A stretch of 64,000 nucleotides of DNA from Thermoplasmata archaeon. Lineage in GTDB: Archaea > Thermoplasmatota > Thermoplasmata > Lutacidiplasmatales > UBA184. The stretch is taken from positions 10,607 to 74,606 of the forward strand of contig DASPVQ010000001.1 in NCBI GenBank assembly GCA_035622275.1, given 5' to 3'. Positions 1-9,053 of the stretch are shown here, piece after piece. The position numbers and the translations under genes were made by a program. The notes beneath the pieces were generated by a model. It was given only the letters and a program-made list of their open reading frames with translations, was not told the origin of the DNA and did not search any database. Position 1 is the first letter of the stretch, and each line of letters opens with the position of its first letter.

Positions 1-1
1 G

Positions 2-547
2 ATCTCGACCCAGTCGGACCTCATGAGTGCGGCGACCGGTGCTCTCGGGACGCTCAAGGGCCCGGTCCACGGCGGTGCGCCGAGCCGGGTCTCCTCGATG
101 CTGGACGCGATTCGGACCCCCGACCGCGCGGACGCGTGGATCGCCCAGGAACTGGCGGCGGGCCGGGTGCTCTACGGGTTCGGCCACCGCGCGTACAAGA
201 CGGACGACCCGCGCGGCCTCGTCCTCCACCGGATCGCGCGGGACATCGCGGACCCGCATCGGCTCCAGCTCGCCGAGGCGGTGGAGCGCTCGGCGCTCGC
301 CGCGCTGCGCGCCGCGAAACCGAACGCCCGGCTCTTCACGAACGTCGAGTACTACAGCGCGGTCGTGCTGGAGGGGATCGGGCTCCCGCCCGAACTGTTC
401 ACTCCCACATTCGCGGTGGCGCGCACGGCCGGCTGGACCGCGCACGCGCTCGAGCAGGCGTCGGACAACCGACTGATGCGACCCGACGTCGAGTACGTCG
501 GTCCACCGAAAGGGTCGAAGTGGCCTCGGCCCCTGCCGGGCCACTGA
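2..547 (+). CDS. citrate synthase / 2-methylcitrate synthase, C-terminal part (5' truncated by window edge)
   Basis: STQSDL..GTLKGPVHGGA, GFGHRAYKTDDPR and ARTAGWTAH motifs; frame is open to the window start. Confidence 0.9.
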   Translation: MSTQSDLMSAATGALGTLKGPVHGGAPSRVSSMLDAIRTPDRADAWIAQELAAGRVLYGFGHRAYKTDDPRGLVLHRIARDIADPHRLQLAEAVERSALAALRAAKPNARLFTNVEYYSAVVLEGIGLPPELFTPTFAVARTAGWTAHALEQASDNRLMRPDVEYVGPPKGSKWPRPLPGH

Positions 548-562
548 CCGGCCGCTTCGCGA

Positions 563-2470
563 CTACGGCTCGCCGGTCTCGTCCGAAGCGTCCTTGTCGA
601 CGACCTTGAAGTCGGCGTCGACCGGTCCGGACGACCCCGGGGACTCCGGGGGCGCGTCGGCAGCTCCCGCCCCTTCCTCGGGCGGCGGGCTCGTCGCCCC
701 CGCGGAGCCCGCGCCGCCCGACTGGTAGAGCTTCTGGGCGATCCCGTGGAGGACCTTGGTCAGCGACTCGGTCTGGCTCTTCAGGTCGGAGACCGTGGCG
801 TCCTTCCGTCCGATCGTTTCGCGGAGCGCGGCGACCTGGCTGCGCACCGACTCCGCGTCCGCTGCGTCGATCTTGTCCTTCGAGTCGGTCAGGACCCGCT
901 CGGCCTCGTAGGCGAGCGACTCGGCCTGGTTCTTCGCGTGGACGAGGTCCGCTCGCGCCTTGTCGGCCTCGGCGAACTGCTCGGCCTGGTGGACCATCTT
1001 CTCGACGTCCTCCTTCGAGAGCTTGGTGGACGCGGTGATCGTGATCCCCTGCTTGCGTCCGGAGGCCAAGTCCTTCGCCGAGACGTTGAGCAGCCCGTTC
1101 GCGTCGATGTCGAAGCTGACCTCGACCTGCGGGATCCCCCGCGGCGCGGGCGGAATGCCCGTGAGCAGGAAGCTCCCGAGCGCGACGTTGTCCTCCGCGA
1201 GGGGTCGCTCGCCCTGGAAGACCTTGATCTCGACCGTCGACTGGTTGTCGGCCGCGGTCGTGAACGTCTGGCTCTTGTGGGTCGGGATCGTCGTGTTCCG
1301 CTCGATGAGCCGGGTGAACACCCCGCCCATCGTCTCGAGCCCGAGCGAGAGCGGCGTCACGTCGAGCAGGAGCACGTCCTTGACCTCGCCGGCGAGGACG
1401 CCGCCCTGGATCGCCGCGCCCATCGCGACGCACTCCATCGGGTCGACGCCGCGTTCGATCGGCCGTCCGACCGCGCCCTCGAGGAACTTCTGAACGAGCG
1501 GCATCCGCGTCGGACCGCCGACCAGGACGATCCGCCCGATCTCGTCCTTCTTGATCTTCGCGTCCGCGATCGCCTGTTCGACGGGCTTGCGGCACCGGTC
1601 GACGATCGGCCGGACCAGCTCCTCCAGCTTCGCGCGGCTGAGCGTGAGCGCGAGGTGCTTCGGGCCCTCGTTCGTCGCCGTCAGGAACGGCAGGTTGATC
1701 TGGGTCTCGAGCGTCGAGGAGAGCTCGATCTTCGCCTTCTCGGCGGCATCGCGCACGCGCTGCATCGCCATCTTGTCCTTGCGGATGTCGACGCCGGACT
1801 CCTTCTGGAACTCGCCCGCGATCCACTCGGTGGTCGCGACGTCCATGTCGGTTCCACCGAGCTGCGTGTCCCCGCTCGTGGAGAGGACCTCGAAGACGCC
1901 GTCGCCGAAGTCCATGATCGTCACATCGAGCGTGCCGCCGCCCAGGTCGAACACGAGGATCTTCTGGTTCTTCCCGGCCTTGTCGAGCCCATAGGCGAGC
2001 GAGGCCGCGGTCGGCTCGTTGATGATGCGGACGACGTCGAGGCCGGCGATCGCGCCGGCGTCCTTCGTCGCCTGACGCTGGTTGTCGTTGAAGTAGGCCG
2101 GCACGGTGATGACGGCCTTCTCGACCTTCTCGCCGAGGAACGCCTCCGCGTCGCGCTTGATCTTCTGGAGGAGGAACGCCGAGAGCTGCTGCGGCGTGTA
2201 CTCCTTGCCGTGGAGCTTGTACTTGTAATCGGTTCCCATCTTCCGCTTGAACGCGGTGACGGTCCCTTCGGGATTGGAGATCGCCTGGCGTCGCGCCGGC
2301 TCCCCGACGATCAACTGACCGTCCTTGGTGAACGCGACGTACGACGGAAACGCCTTCCCTCCGCCCGTCGTGGTGCCTTCGGCACTGGGGATGATCGCGG
2401 GTCGGCCGCCTTCCAGCATCGCGGCGGCCGAGTTGCTCGTTCCGAGGTCGATTCCGATGATCTTCGACAT
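563..2470 (-). CDS. dnaK: molecular chaperone DnaK (Hsp70)
   Basis: [47 protein letters not shown]-terminal VDADFKVV. Confidence 0.98.
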   Translation of the reverse strand: MSKIIGIDLGTSNSAAAMLEGGRPAIIPSAEGTTTGGGKAFPSYVAFTKDGQLIVGEPARRQAISNPEGTVTAFKRKMGTDYKYKLHGKEYTPQQLSAFLLQKIKRDAEAFLGEKVEKAVITVPAYFNDNQRQATKDAGAIAGLDVVRIINEPTAASLAYGLDKAGKNQKILVFDLGGGTLDVTIMDFGDGVFEVLSTSGDTQLGGTDMDVATTEWIAGEFQKESGVDIRKDKMAMQRVRDAAEKAKIELSSTLETQINLPFLTATNEGPKHLALTLSRAKLEELVRPIVDRCRKPVEQAIADAKIKKDEIGRIVLVGGPTRMPLVQKFLEGAVGRPIERGVDPMECVAMGAAIQGGVLAGEVKDVLLLDVTPLSLGLETMGGVFTRLIERNTTIPTHKSQTFTTAADNQSTVEIKVFQGERPLAEDNVALGSFLLTGIPPAPRGIPQVEVSFDIDANGLLNVSAKDLASGRKQGITITASTKLSKEDVEKMVHQAEQFAEADKARADLVHAKNQAESLAYEAERVLTDSKDKIDAADAESVRSQVAALRETIGRKDATVSDLKSQTESLTKVLHGIAQKLYQSGGAGSAGATSPPPEEGAGAADAPPESPGSSGPVDADFKVVDKDASDETGEP

Positions 2471-2545
2471 GTGGGTCACTGCGGAGCCCCTCGCCGCACG
2501 GCGGCGGGAGCCCTCCTGATGGCCGAATTAGTAAGACAACACTCG

Positions 2546-2553
2546 TATAAAAA
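2546..2553 (-). promoter_or_regulatory. TATA box upstream of dnaK
   Basis: TTTTTATA on the minus strand in an AT-rich island about 75 nt upstream of the dnaK ATG. Confidence 0.65.
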
Positions 2554-2623
2554 GGCGGTGTAACTCGCCGGTCCGCCCACCCTCGGAGGGCGAACTTTTC
2601 CCCGCCGGCCGGTCGATTCCGGT

Positions 2624-3355
2624 GTGGCGCCCGAAGGCCCCCGCCTTCTTCTCATCGACCTCGACGATACCGTCTTCGACCATTCGCTCACCTGCCGAGC
2701 CGTCCTCGCCGAACTCCGCCGCTCCCATCGGTTCCTTCGGGCCCGGTCGCTCGACGAGGTGACCACGGAGTACGCGCGTCTACTCTGGGACACGCACGCG
2801 GACGTCGCGCTCGGGCACCGGGACGTGGAGGACGCCCGGGCCGAGCGGTTCCTGCGCCTCGCGGCGTGGTGCGGAGAGGAGATCGACGGGGAGACCGCCG
2901 CGGCGATCTCCCGAAAGTACCGGGCCCGCTACCTCGAGCTTCGACGTCCGGTGGACGGTGCCCCCGACTTTCTCCGATCCCTCCGCGGCTCGATGCGGAT
3001 CTCCGTCGTGACGAACAACACGCTCTCGGAACAGACCGACAAGCTCGCGTTCCTGGGGCTTCGAAACGTCGTCGACGACCTCGTGACCTCGGAAGAGGTC
3101 GGCGCGCAGAAGCCGGATCCCGCGATCTTCCGAGCTGCTCTCCGTCGGGTCGGGGCGACAACGGCGGAGGCGGTCATGATCGGGGACAGCTGGACGAGCG
3201 ACATCGAGGGGGCTCGGGACGCTGGCGTGCGGGCGATATGGTTCAACCGGTTCGGTCTCCCTCAGCCGTCCCGAGCGACCGTGCCCGAGTTCGCGTCGTT
3301 CCGGTCAACGGCGAAGATCCGGCGGCTCCTCCGGGGGAGCCCGTTGGCCGACTGA
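2624..3355 (+). CDS. HAD-superfamily hydrolase (YjjG/PynA-like)
   Basis: motif I DLDDT, VTN, KPDPAIF, IGDSWTSDIEGA. Confidence 0.9.
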   Translation: MAPEGPRLLLIDLDDTVFDHSLTCRAVLAELRRSHRFLRARSLDEVTTEYARLLWDTHADVALGHRDVEDARAERFLRLAAWCGEEIDGETAAAISRKYRARYLELRRPVDGAPDFLRSLRGSMRISVVTNNTLSEQTDKLAFLGLRNVVDDLVTSEEVGAQKPDPAIFRAALRRVGATTAEAVMIGDSWTSDIEGARDAGVRAIWFNRFGLPQPSRATVPEFASFRSTAKIRRLLRGSPLAD

Positions 3356-3414
3356 CCCTCGCGGGGGTCGCTCGGTTCCGCGCGCATTATATCGGGCGGC
3401 CCACTGCTCGCCCG

Positions 3415-4611
3415 ATGCCCCGTCTTCCCGAGCCGTGGATTCCGGCCGCCCGCAAGACGCTGCCGGCGATGCGCGCCTGGCGGGTCGCGTTTCACAAGGA
3501 GCCGGAGCTCTCGCTGCAGGAGAAGCGAACCCGCGACAAGGTCGTCGCAGCGCTGTCGGAGCTGGGCATCTCGTACCAGGCCTTCGACGGATTCACGGGC
3601 GTGGTCGGTCTGATCCCGGGGAGCTCCGACCGTCCGGTGGTCGCGCTACGCGCGGACATGGACGCGCTGCCCGTCACCGAAGAGACCCACCTGTCCTACG
3701 CGTCGCGCTTCAGCGGTAAGATGCACGCGTGCGGCCATGACGTCCACATGTCCTGCCTCCTCGGAGCGGCAGCGATACTCACCCGAGAGGGCCGTCGCCC
3801 GCGGGGTCCGGTGAAGCTCCTGTTCCAGCCCGCGGAGGAGGAGGGGCAGCGCGGGGGTGCGCTCCCGATGATTGAACTGGGATGCCTCGAGCGGCCGAAG
3901 GTGGACTTCGTCGTCGGCCAGCACGTCGAGCCGAATCTCCCCCTGGGCGACGTCGGGTGGCGGTCCGGCCCGTTCTTCGCGGCGGCGGACTTCTTCCGGA
4001 TCACCGTGATCGGGCGGGGCGGGCACGCGGCGTCACCGCATCAGGGGCCCGACGCGATCGTCGTGGCGAGCGAGATCGTGAACGGCCTGCAGGCGCTCGT
4101 GAGCCGGGTGCGGGACCCGCTCGACCCCGTCGTCGTGAGCGTGGGGTCGATCCACGGCGGCACGCGGAACAACATCCTCCCCTCGGAGGTCGTGCTGGAA
4201 GGAACGGTGCGGACCTTCCGTCCGGCGACCCGGGATCTCATCGACGTGGCGCTGCACCGCCGGGTCAGCGCGATCGCCCGGAGCCTCGGCGCACGCGCCC
4301 GGATCGAGTACCTGCGCGGATACCCCACGCTCGTGAACGAACCGAAGGCGACCCACATCGTCGCGGACGCGTTGCGCGTCGAGTTCGGACAGAAGCACTG
4401 CATCGAGGTCCCCGACCCCGTGATGGGGGCCGAGGACTTCGCCCGGTACCTGGAACGCGTACCGGGGACGTTCCTCCATCTGGGCGTGGGGGTCCCCGAC
4501 CGGCCCGCATCCCTGCACAGCGCGACTTTCGCTCCGGACGAGCGGGCCCTGGTCTACGGCGCGGCAGCGCTCGCCGCGGCCGCCGACGGTCTGCAGCGGA
4601 GCGCCGCATGA
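3415..4611 (+). CDS. M20D family amidohydrolase/carboxypeptidase
   Basis: RADMDALP, MHACGHD, FQPAEE, GGHA, EDF, LHS; TATA-like TTATAT at 3387-3392. Confidence 0.92.
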   Translation: MPRLPEPWIPAARKTLPAMRAWRVAFHKEPELSLQEKRTRDKVVAALSELGISYQAFDGFTGVVGLIPGSSDRPVVALRADMDALPVTEETHLSYASRFSGKMHACGHDVHMSCLLGAAAILTREGRRPRGPVKLLFQPAEEEGQRGGALPMIELGCLERPKVDFVVGQHVEPNLPLGDVGWRSGPFFAAADFFRITVIGRGGHAASPHQGPDAIVVASEIVNGLQALVSRVRDPLDPVVVSVGSIHGGTRNNILPSEVVLEGTVRTFRPATRDLIDVALHRRVSAIARSLGARARIEYLRGYPTLVNEPKATHIVADALRVEFGQKHCIEVPDPVMGAEDFARYLERVPGTFLHLGVGVPDRPASLHSATFAPDERALVYGAAALAAAADGLQRSAA

Positions 4612-5984
4612 GCGTCGACGGCTGTCGAGCGGATTTTCCCGCCCTCGCCGCGCGACCGGACCGGCCGGCCCCCACGTACCTGGACTCCGCGTGCATGTCG
4701 CTCGTCCCGACGGCCGTGCTCGCGGCGATGGAGGAGTACTACCGGGACTTCCCCGGGTGCGCCGGCCGGAGCCTGCACCGCTTCGCCGAGGAGGTCGGGC
4801 GTCGCTACGAGGGGGCCCGCGGGGAGTTCGCCCGGTTCCTCGGTCGATCCGATCCGCGGGGCATCGTCTTCGTGCGGAACGCGACCGAGGCGATCAACCT
4901 GGTCGGCCAGGGTCTTACCTACGAGAAGGGCGACCGCGTGCTCGTCACCGACCGCGAGCACAACTCGAACCTCGTGATCTGGCAACGTCTCGCGGCGGAG
5001 CGCGGGATCCGTCTCGCCTCCCTCGCGCTCCCCGACGATGGCACGTTCGACGGGGACGCGCTCGAGGACGAGCTTGCCCGCGGCGTCCGCCTGGTGAGCT
5101 TCTTCCACACGTCGAACCTCGACGGGCGGTCGCTGCCGATCCGCGAGATCACCGAGCGCGCGCACGATCACGGGGCGCTCGTCCTGTTCGACGGTTGCCA
5201 GGCGGCGCCGCACGTGCCGGTGGATCTCGACCGAGCCGGCGTCGACTTCTACGCGATCTCCGCGCACAAGATGTTGGGGCCGACCGGGATCGGGGTGCTG
5301 GCCGGCGCGCCGGGTCCGATCTCCGAGCTGCGGCCGCTCCTGCTCGGCGGGGAGACGGTCGAGTGGAGCACGCTGACGGCCCACGAGCTGCGTCCGCCGC
5401 CGCACCGATTCGAAGCCGGACTGCAGAACTACGCCGGGGTGATCGGGGCGCGCGCGGCCCTCGACTACCTGCGGCGAGTGGGGCTCCCCGAGATCGAGGC
5501 CCGCCAGCGGGAGCTCAACACGCACGTTACGCGCGCGCTCGCGGGGGAGCGACGGGTGCACGTGTTCGGCCCCCGCGACCCCGGCGAGCGCCCGAGCATC
5601 TTCGCCTTCGCACTGGACGGGGTCGACCCGAACGACGCGGCGGTCTTCCTCGACGAGGGCCACGACGTTATGGTTCGGTCGGGGATGCACTGCGTCCACT
5701 CGTTCTACGAGCGACGGGGACTCCCGGGCAACGTCCGCGCCTCGTTCTACTTCTACAACGACCGTCACGACGCCGACCGGCTCGTCGCCGGGCTCCGCGA
5801 ACTGCTGGAGCGTGTCCCCGGCCCGCCCGTCAGCGGTACATCGGCTGCGAGCTCTGGGTCGGCGCGTCCCCGCGCCCCCGCTCGGCGGCGTGGCGCTGGA
5901 TCGACAGGAGCTGCTGCTCGATCCGCTCGGCCTCGGCGTAGAGCGGGACGGGGTCGAGCGGCGTCCGCAAGAGGATCTGGTTGA
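4608..5984 (+). CDS. class V PLP aminotransferase / SufS-type cysteine desulfurase
   Basis: YLDSA, NATEAIN, EHNSN, DGCQ, SAHKMLGP (PLP Lys), RSGMHC (catalytic Cys), RASFYFYN; ATGA overlap with upstream gene. Confidence 0.88.
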   Translation: MSVDGCRADFPALAARPDRPAPTYLDSACMSLVPTAVLAAMEEYYRDFPGCAGRSLHRFAEEVGRRYEGARGEFARFLGRSDPRGIVFVRNATEAINLVGQGLTYEKGDRVLVTDREHNSNLVIWQRLAAERGIRLASLALPDDGTFDGDALEDELARGVRLVSFFHTSNLDGRSLPIREITERAHDHGALVLFDGCQAAPHVPVDLDRAGVDFYAISAHKMLGPTGIGVLAGAPGPISELRPLLLGGETVEWSTLTAHELRPPPHRFEAGLQNYAGVIGARAALDYLRRVGLPEIEARQRELNTHVTRALAGERRVHVFGPRDPGERPSIFAFALDGVDPNDAAVFLDEGHDVMVRSGMHCVHSFYERRGLPGNVRASFYFYNDRHDADRLVAGLRELLERVPGPPVSGTSAASSGSARPRAPARRRGAGSTGAAARSARPRRRAGRGRAASARGSG

Positions 5985-6642
5985 TCGTCTCGATCACCTT
6001 CGCCGCCGCGCGCGCGTCCGGGTAATCCGACTGCGCCTCGGCAAGGAACGTGAGCACGTCGAACCCGCGCCGGCGGCCCTCGTTCAGGAGGACTCCGGCG
6101 ATCCCGGTGATGACGCCCTCGGCGAAGGGGCTCATGTTGGGTTCGATGTACAGTTCGCGCGCCTTGCGCGTGCTCGCGACGCCGTAGACCTTGACGTCGT
6201 TGAGCCGGGGCGAATGGCCGCGGCCCGTGTGGGGCGTCGCCTCGACCACGAGGCCCTCGGGGGAGACGAGCAGCGAGCAGCGCTGCTCCTGCACCCAGTC
6301 GATGATCGCCGTGGCGAGGGGGTGGATGACGGTGGGCGCCGGATGGAACTCCGAGACGAACGCGACGATCTTGTCCGCCCCGCGGCCCGCGCGGTCTGCG
6401 GGCGGTCGGCCCGCGTAGACCCGGACCGGATGCTGGGGGTCGCCGTTGCGCACGAGCGACACCGTCGGGAACGACGGTGACTCGACGATCCCGATCTGGT
6501 CCATCTGCAGGGTGTCGATGAGATAGTTCGCCACGATCGAGCTGACGAGACCGACCGACGGGAAGCCATCAATCACGATGGCCCCCTCGAGATCGATGCG
6601 CTTGATCTCGTAGATGCGCACCTGGTCCGGCGCCATCGGCAT
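5830..6642 (-). CDS. PAC2 family proteasome assembly chaperone (PbaA/PbaB-like)
   Basis: IDGFPSVGLVSSI, YPDARAAA; C-terminal HbYX motif (M-Y-R). Confidence 0.88.
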   Translation of the reverse strand: MPMAPDQVRIYEIKRIDLEGAIVIDGFPSVGLVSSIVANYLIDTLQMDQIGIVESPSFPTVSLVRNGDPQHPVRVYAGRPPADRAGRGADKIVAFVSEFHPAPTVIHPLATAIIDWVQEQRCSLLVSPEGLVVEATPHTGRGHSPRLNDVKVYGVASTRKARELYIEPNMSPFAEGVITGIAGVLLNEGRRRGFDVLTFLAEAQSDYPDARAAAKVIETINQILLRTPLDPVPLYAEAERIEQQLLSIQRHAAERGRGDAPTQSSQPMYR

Positions 6643-6644
6643 CG

Positions 6645-7004
6645 CTACAGCGACCTCTCGACGATCTGGCCGAGCTCCCGCGAGATCAGGTCCACGAGGT
6701 CCTTGGTGAGCGCCCGCCGCACCTCGGGCGGCAGCGCGTGGAGTCCGAGGCGGGCCGTCGCGGTTCCGACGCGCACCAGGGCCGCGTACTCGGTCGCCCG
6801 GGCCGCGAGCAGGTCCCGCACCGCCTCCCGCAGGTCCTGCTCGAGCTTCGGGTCCTCCTTGAGCGTCTTTTCCAGGTGGCGGCGGATCTCGTCTTTGACG
6901 ATGTCACGGGTGGCCTCGCGGACGAGCTCCTCAGGGCGCAACAGGTCGCGCGTGCTCTTGACGAGGAGGTCGATCGGCTCGCCGGCCGCCTCGCCGTCCG
7001 CCAT
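6645..7004 (-). CDS. hypothetical helical protein, probably co-transcribed with PAC2
   Basis: ATG at 7004 about 25 nt after a CTTAAG box; normal globular composition; stop 2 nt before the PAC2 start. Confidence 0.7.
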   Translation of the reverse strand: MADGEAAGEPIDLLVKSTRDLLRPEELVREATRDIVKDEIRRHLEKTLKEDPKLEQDLREAVRDLLAARATEYAALVRVGTATARLGLHALPPEVRRALTKDLVDLISRELGQIVERSL

Positions 7005-7109
7005 CGGGCGGTCGAGCGGCGACCGGGCCTTAAGACTTGGCCCCGAGCCGCCGCCGGCGGACCGTCCGGGCGCAGGCGTTATGGCCGTCCCGGCGTCCGA
7101 GGCGCCAGT

Positions 7110-7210
7110 GGGCCGGTAGATCAGCGGAAGATCGCTACCTTGGCAAGGTAGAGGTCGCGAGTTCAAAGGGGGCGGGGCCCGCTCCGCCCCGGGGATTCTC
7201 GCCCGGTCCA
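7110..7210 (+). tRNA. tRNA-Ala(GGC) with a 29-nt intron (7168-7196) in the T loop at position 59/60
   Basis: acceptor GGGCCGG/CCGGTCC with G3:U70; D stem GATC/GATC; anticodon arm CTACC-TTGGCAA-GGTAG; T arm GCGAG-TTCAAA[intron]T-CTCGC; A73; no encoded CCA. Confidence 0.92.
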
Positions 7211-7306
7211 CTCGACCCGGTTCCGAGAGGACCATCGGCACCTGTCGAGCGGAGACCTCGACACGAAGGCTATCGATTTATACGGCCCGATTCCTGCCGC
7301 GACCTC

Positions 7307-7984
7307 GTGGAGGCGGAGATCCGCGAGAAGATCGCCGGCGAGGTCGTCCTCTCGCCGCACCCGGGCCGGACCCTGCGCAAGTGGCGCGAGGACTTCTCGA
7401 TCTCCCAGCGCGACCTCGCCCGCCACCTCCAGACCGTGCCCAGCGTGATCAGCGACTACGAGTCGGAGCGCCGCGTCAGCCCGGGGGCCGCGTTCATCCG
7501 CCGCTACGTGGACGCGCTGCTCGCGGTCGACGCCGATCACGGCGGCAAGGTCGGACAGCGGCTCGGGCTGCGGCCGCACTCCGACGGCATCCTCGGCATG
7601 CGCGAGTTCACGGTCGCGATCCCCCTCAAGGCGCTCGCGGACCGTCTCCAGGCGCGGGCGGTGAGCCGCGTCGACCTGTTCCGGGACATCCACGGCTTCA
7701 CGGTCCTGGACGCCCCGCGGGCGATCCTCTCCATCGACGCTTCGCGGTTCGTCGAGGTGTACGGCTGGACGACGCAGCGCGCGCTGATCTTCTCCAACGT
7801 CAAGTACGGCCGCTCTCCGATGGTCGCGATCCGCGCCCATCCGCTCAAGCCGGCCGCGGTGGTCTTCGCGAACCCCGGCCGCGTCGACCCGCTGGCGGTT
7901 CGCCTGAGCGAGGTCGAGAACATTCCGCTCCTCACGACGTCGCTCGCGGCACCGGCGGTGCTCGAACGGCTCGAGGAACTCTAG
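7307..7984 (+). CDS. XRE/HTH transcriptional regulator (COG1709-like)
   Basis: LRKWREDFSISQRDLARHL..VISDYES HTH; GRSPMVAIR; GTG start after TTTATA at 7277. Confidence 0.85.
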   Translation: MEAEIREKIAGEVVLSPHPGRTLRKWREDFSISQRDLARHLQTVPSVISDYESERRVSPGAAFIRRYVDALLAVDADHGGKVGQRLGLRPHSDGILGMREFTVAIPLKALADRLQARAVSRVDLFRDIHGFTVLDAPRAILSIDASRFVEVYGWTTQRALIFSNVKYGRSPMVAIRAHPLKPAAVVFANPGRVDPLAVRLSEVENIPLLTTSLAAPAVLERLEEL

Positions 7985-7999
7985 CAAGGAAGGGACGTC

Positions 8000-9052
8000 A
8001 TGGACGCAGGGATTGTGAGCTACGGCGCGTACGTGCCCCGCTACCGGATCACGCCGGCGGAGATCGGCCGGGTCTGGGGATCCGACGGCGAGAGCATGGG
8101 CCAGGGGCTGAACGTCGTCCGCAAGAGCGTGCCGGCGCCGGACGAGGACACGATCACGATCTCGACCGAAGCGCTGCGGATGGCGCTCATCCGGGGCGCG
8201 ATCGACCCCCAGCAAATCGGTGCGGTCTACGTCGGCTCCGAATCGCACCCGTACGCCGTCAAGCCGACGGCCACGGTCGTGGCGCAGGCGGTCGGGGCGA
8301 CCCCAAACCTCACGGCGGCCGACTTCGAGTTCGCGTGCAAGGCCGGCACCGCTGCGATCCAGACCTGCCTCGGTCTGGTCGGCGCCGGGATGATCCGCTA
8401 CGGGGTCGCGATCGGCACCGACACCTCGCAGGGCGCGCCGAGCGACGCGCTGGAGTACAGCGCGAGCGCGGGCGGCGCGGCCTTCGTGATCGGCCGCGAC
8501 CACGTGATCGCGACCGTCGAGCGCACCCTATCCTACACCACCGATACGCCGGACTTCTGGCGACGCGAGGGGCAGCGCTACCCCAGCCACAGCGGACGGT
8601 TCACCGGCGAGCCGGCGTACTTCCGCCACGAGACCGAGTGCGCGCGCCGCCTGATGGAGGCCTCGGGTACGAACCCGAAGGACTACCAGCACGTCGTCTT
8701 CCACCAGCCGAACGGGAAGTTCCCCCAGCGGGTCGGCAAGCAGCTCGGCTTCTCGGAGGCGCAGATGCGCTACGGGCTCGTGACCCCGTACATCGGTAAC
8801 ACCTACAGCGCCGCGGCGCTGCTCGGCCTGGCCAACGTCCTCGACCACGCCGGGCCGGGCGAGCGGATCCTGGTCGTCGGCTACGGCTCGGGCGCGGGGT
8901 CGGACGCCTTCGACCTGCGGACGACCGACGAGCTCGCCCGCTTCGACCGCTCCTACGGCCGGCCCGTCCAGTACCACCTCGACCACGGGACCGAGCTCAG
9001 CTACGCGGTCTACGCGAAGTTCCGCGGCAAGATCCACATGGGGGGGAGCTAG
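8000..9052 (+). CDS. archaeal hydroxymethylglutaryl-CoA synthase
   Basis: [11 protein letters not shown] (Glu), EFACKAG (Cys), FHQPNGKFP (His), [13 protein letters not shown]. Confidence 0.95.
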   Translation: MDAGIVSYGAYVPRYRITPAEIGRVWGSDGESMGQGLNVVRKSVPAPDEDTITISTEALRMALIRGAIDPQQIGAVYVGSESHPYAVKPTATVVAQAVGATPNLTAADFEFACKAGTAAIQTCLGLVGAGMIRYGVAIGTDTSQGAPSDALEYSASAGGAAFVIGRDHVIATVERTLSYTTDTPDFWRREGQRYPSHSGRFTGEPAYFRHETECARRLMEASGTNPKDYQHVVFHQPNGKFPQRVGKQLGFSEAQMRYGLVTPYIGNTYSAAALLGLANVLDHAGPGERILVVGYGSGAGSDAFDLRTTDELARFDRSYGRPVQYHLDHGTELSYAVYAKFRGKIHMGGS

Positions 9053-9053
9053 G

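Noticed and set aside
2526..2544. Possible CIRCE element upstream of dnaK
   Set aside because: Only partial resemblance (TTAG.., ..CACTC); the spacing and inverted-repeat structure of TTAGCACTC-N9-GAGTGCTAA are not met.
5830..5984. 155-nt convergent overlap of desulfurase and PAC2 (similar overlaps at fdhD/moeA and alaX/GNAT)
   Set aside because: The overlapping tails are low-complexity run-ons, best explained by stop-codon drift in a GC-rich genome; no sign of function.
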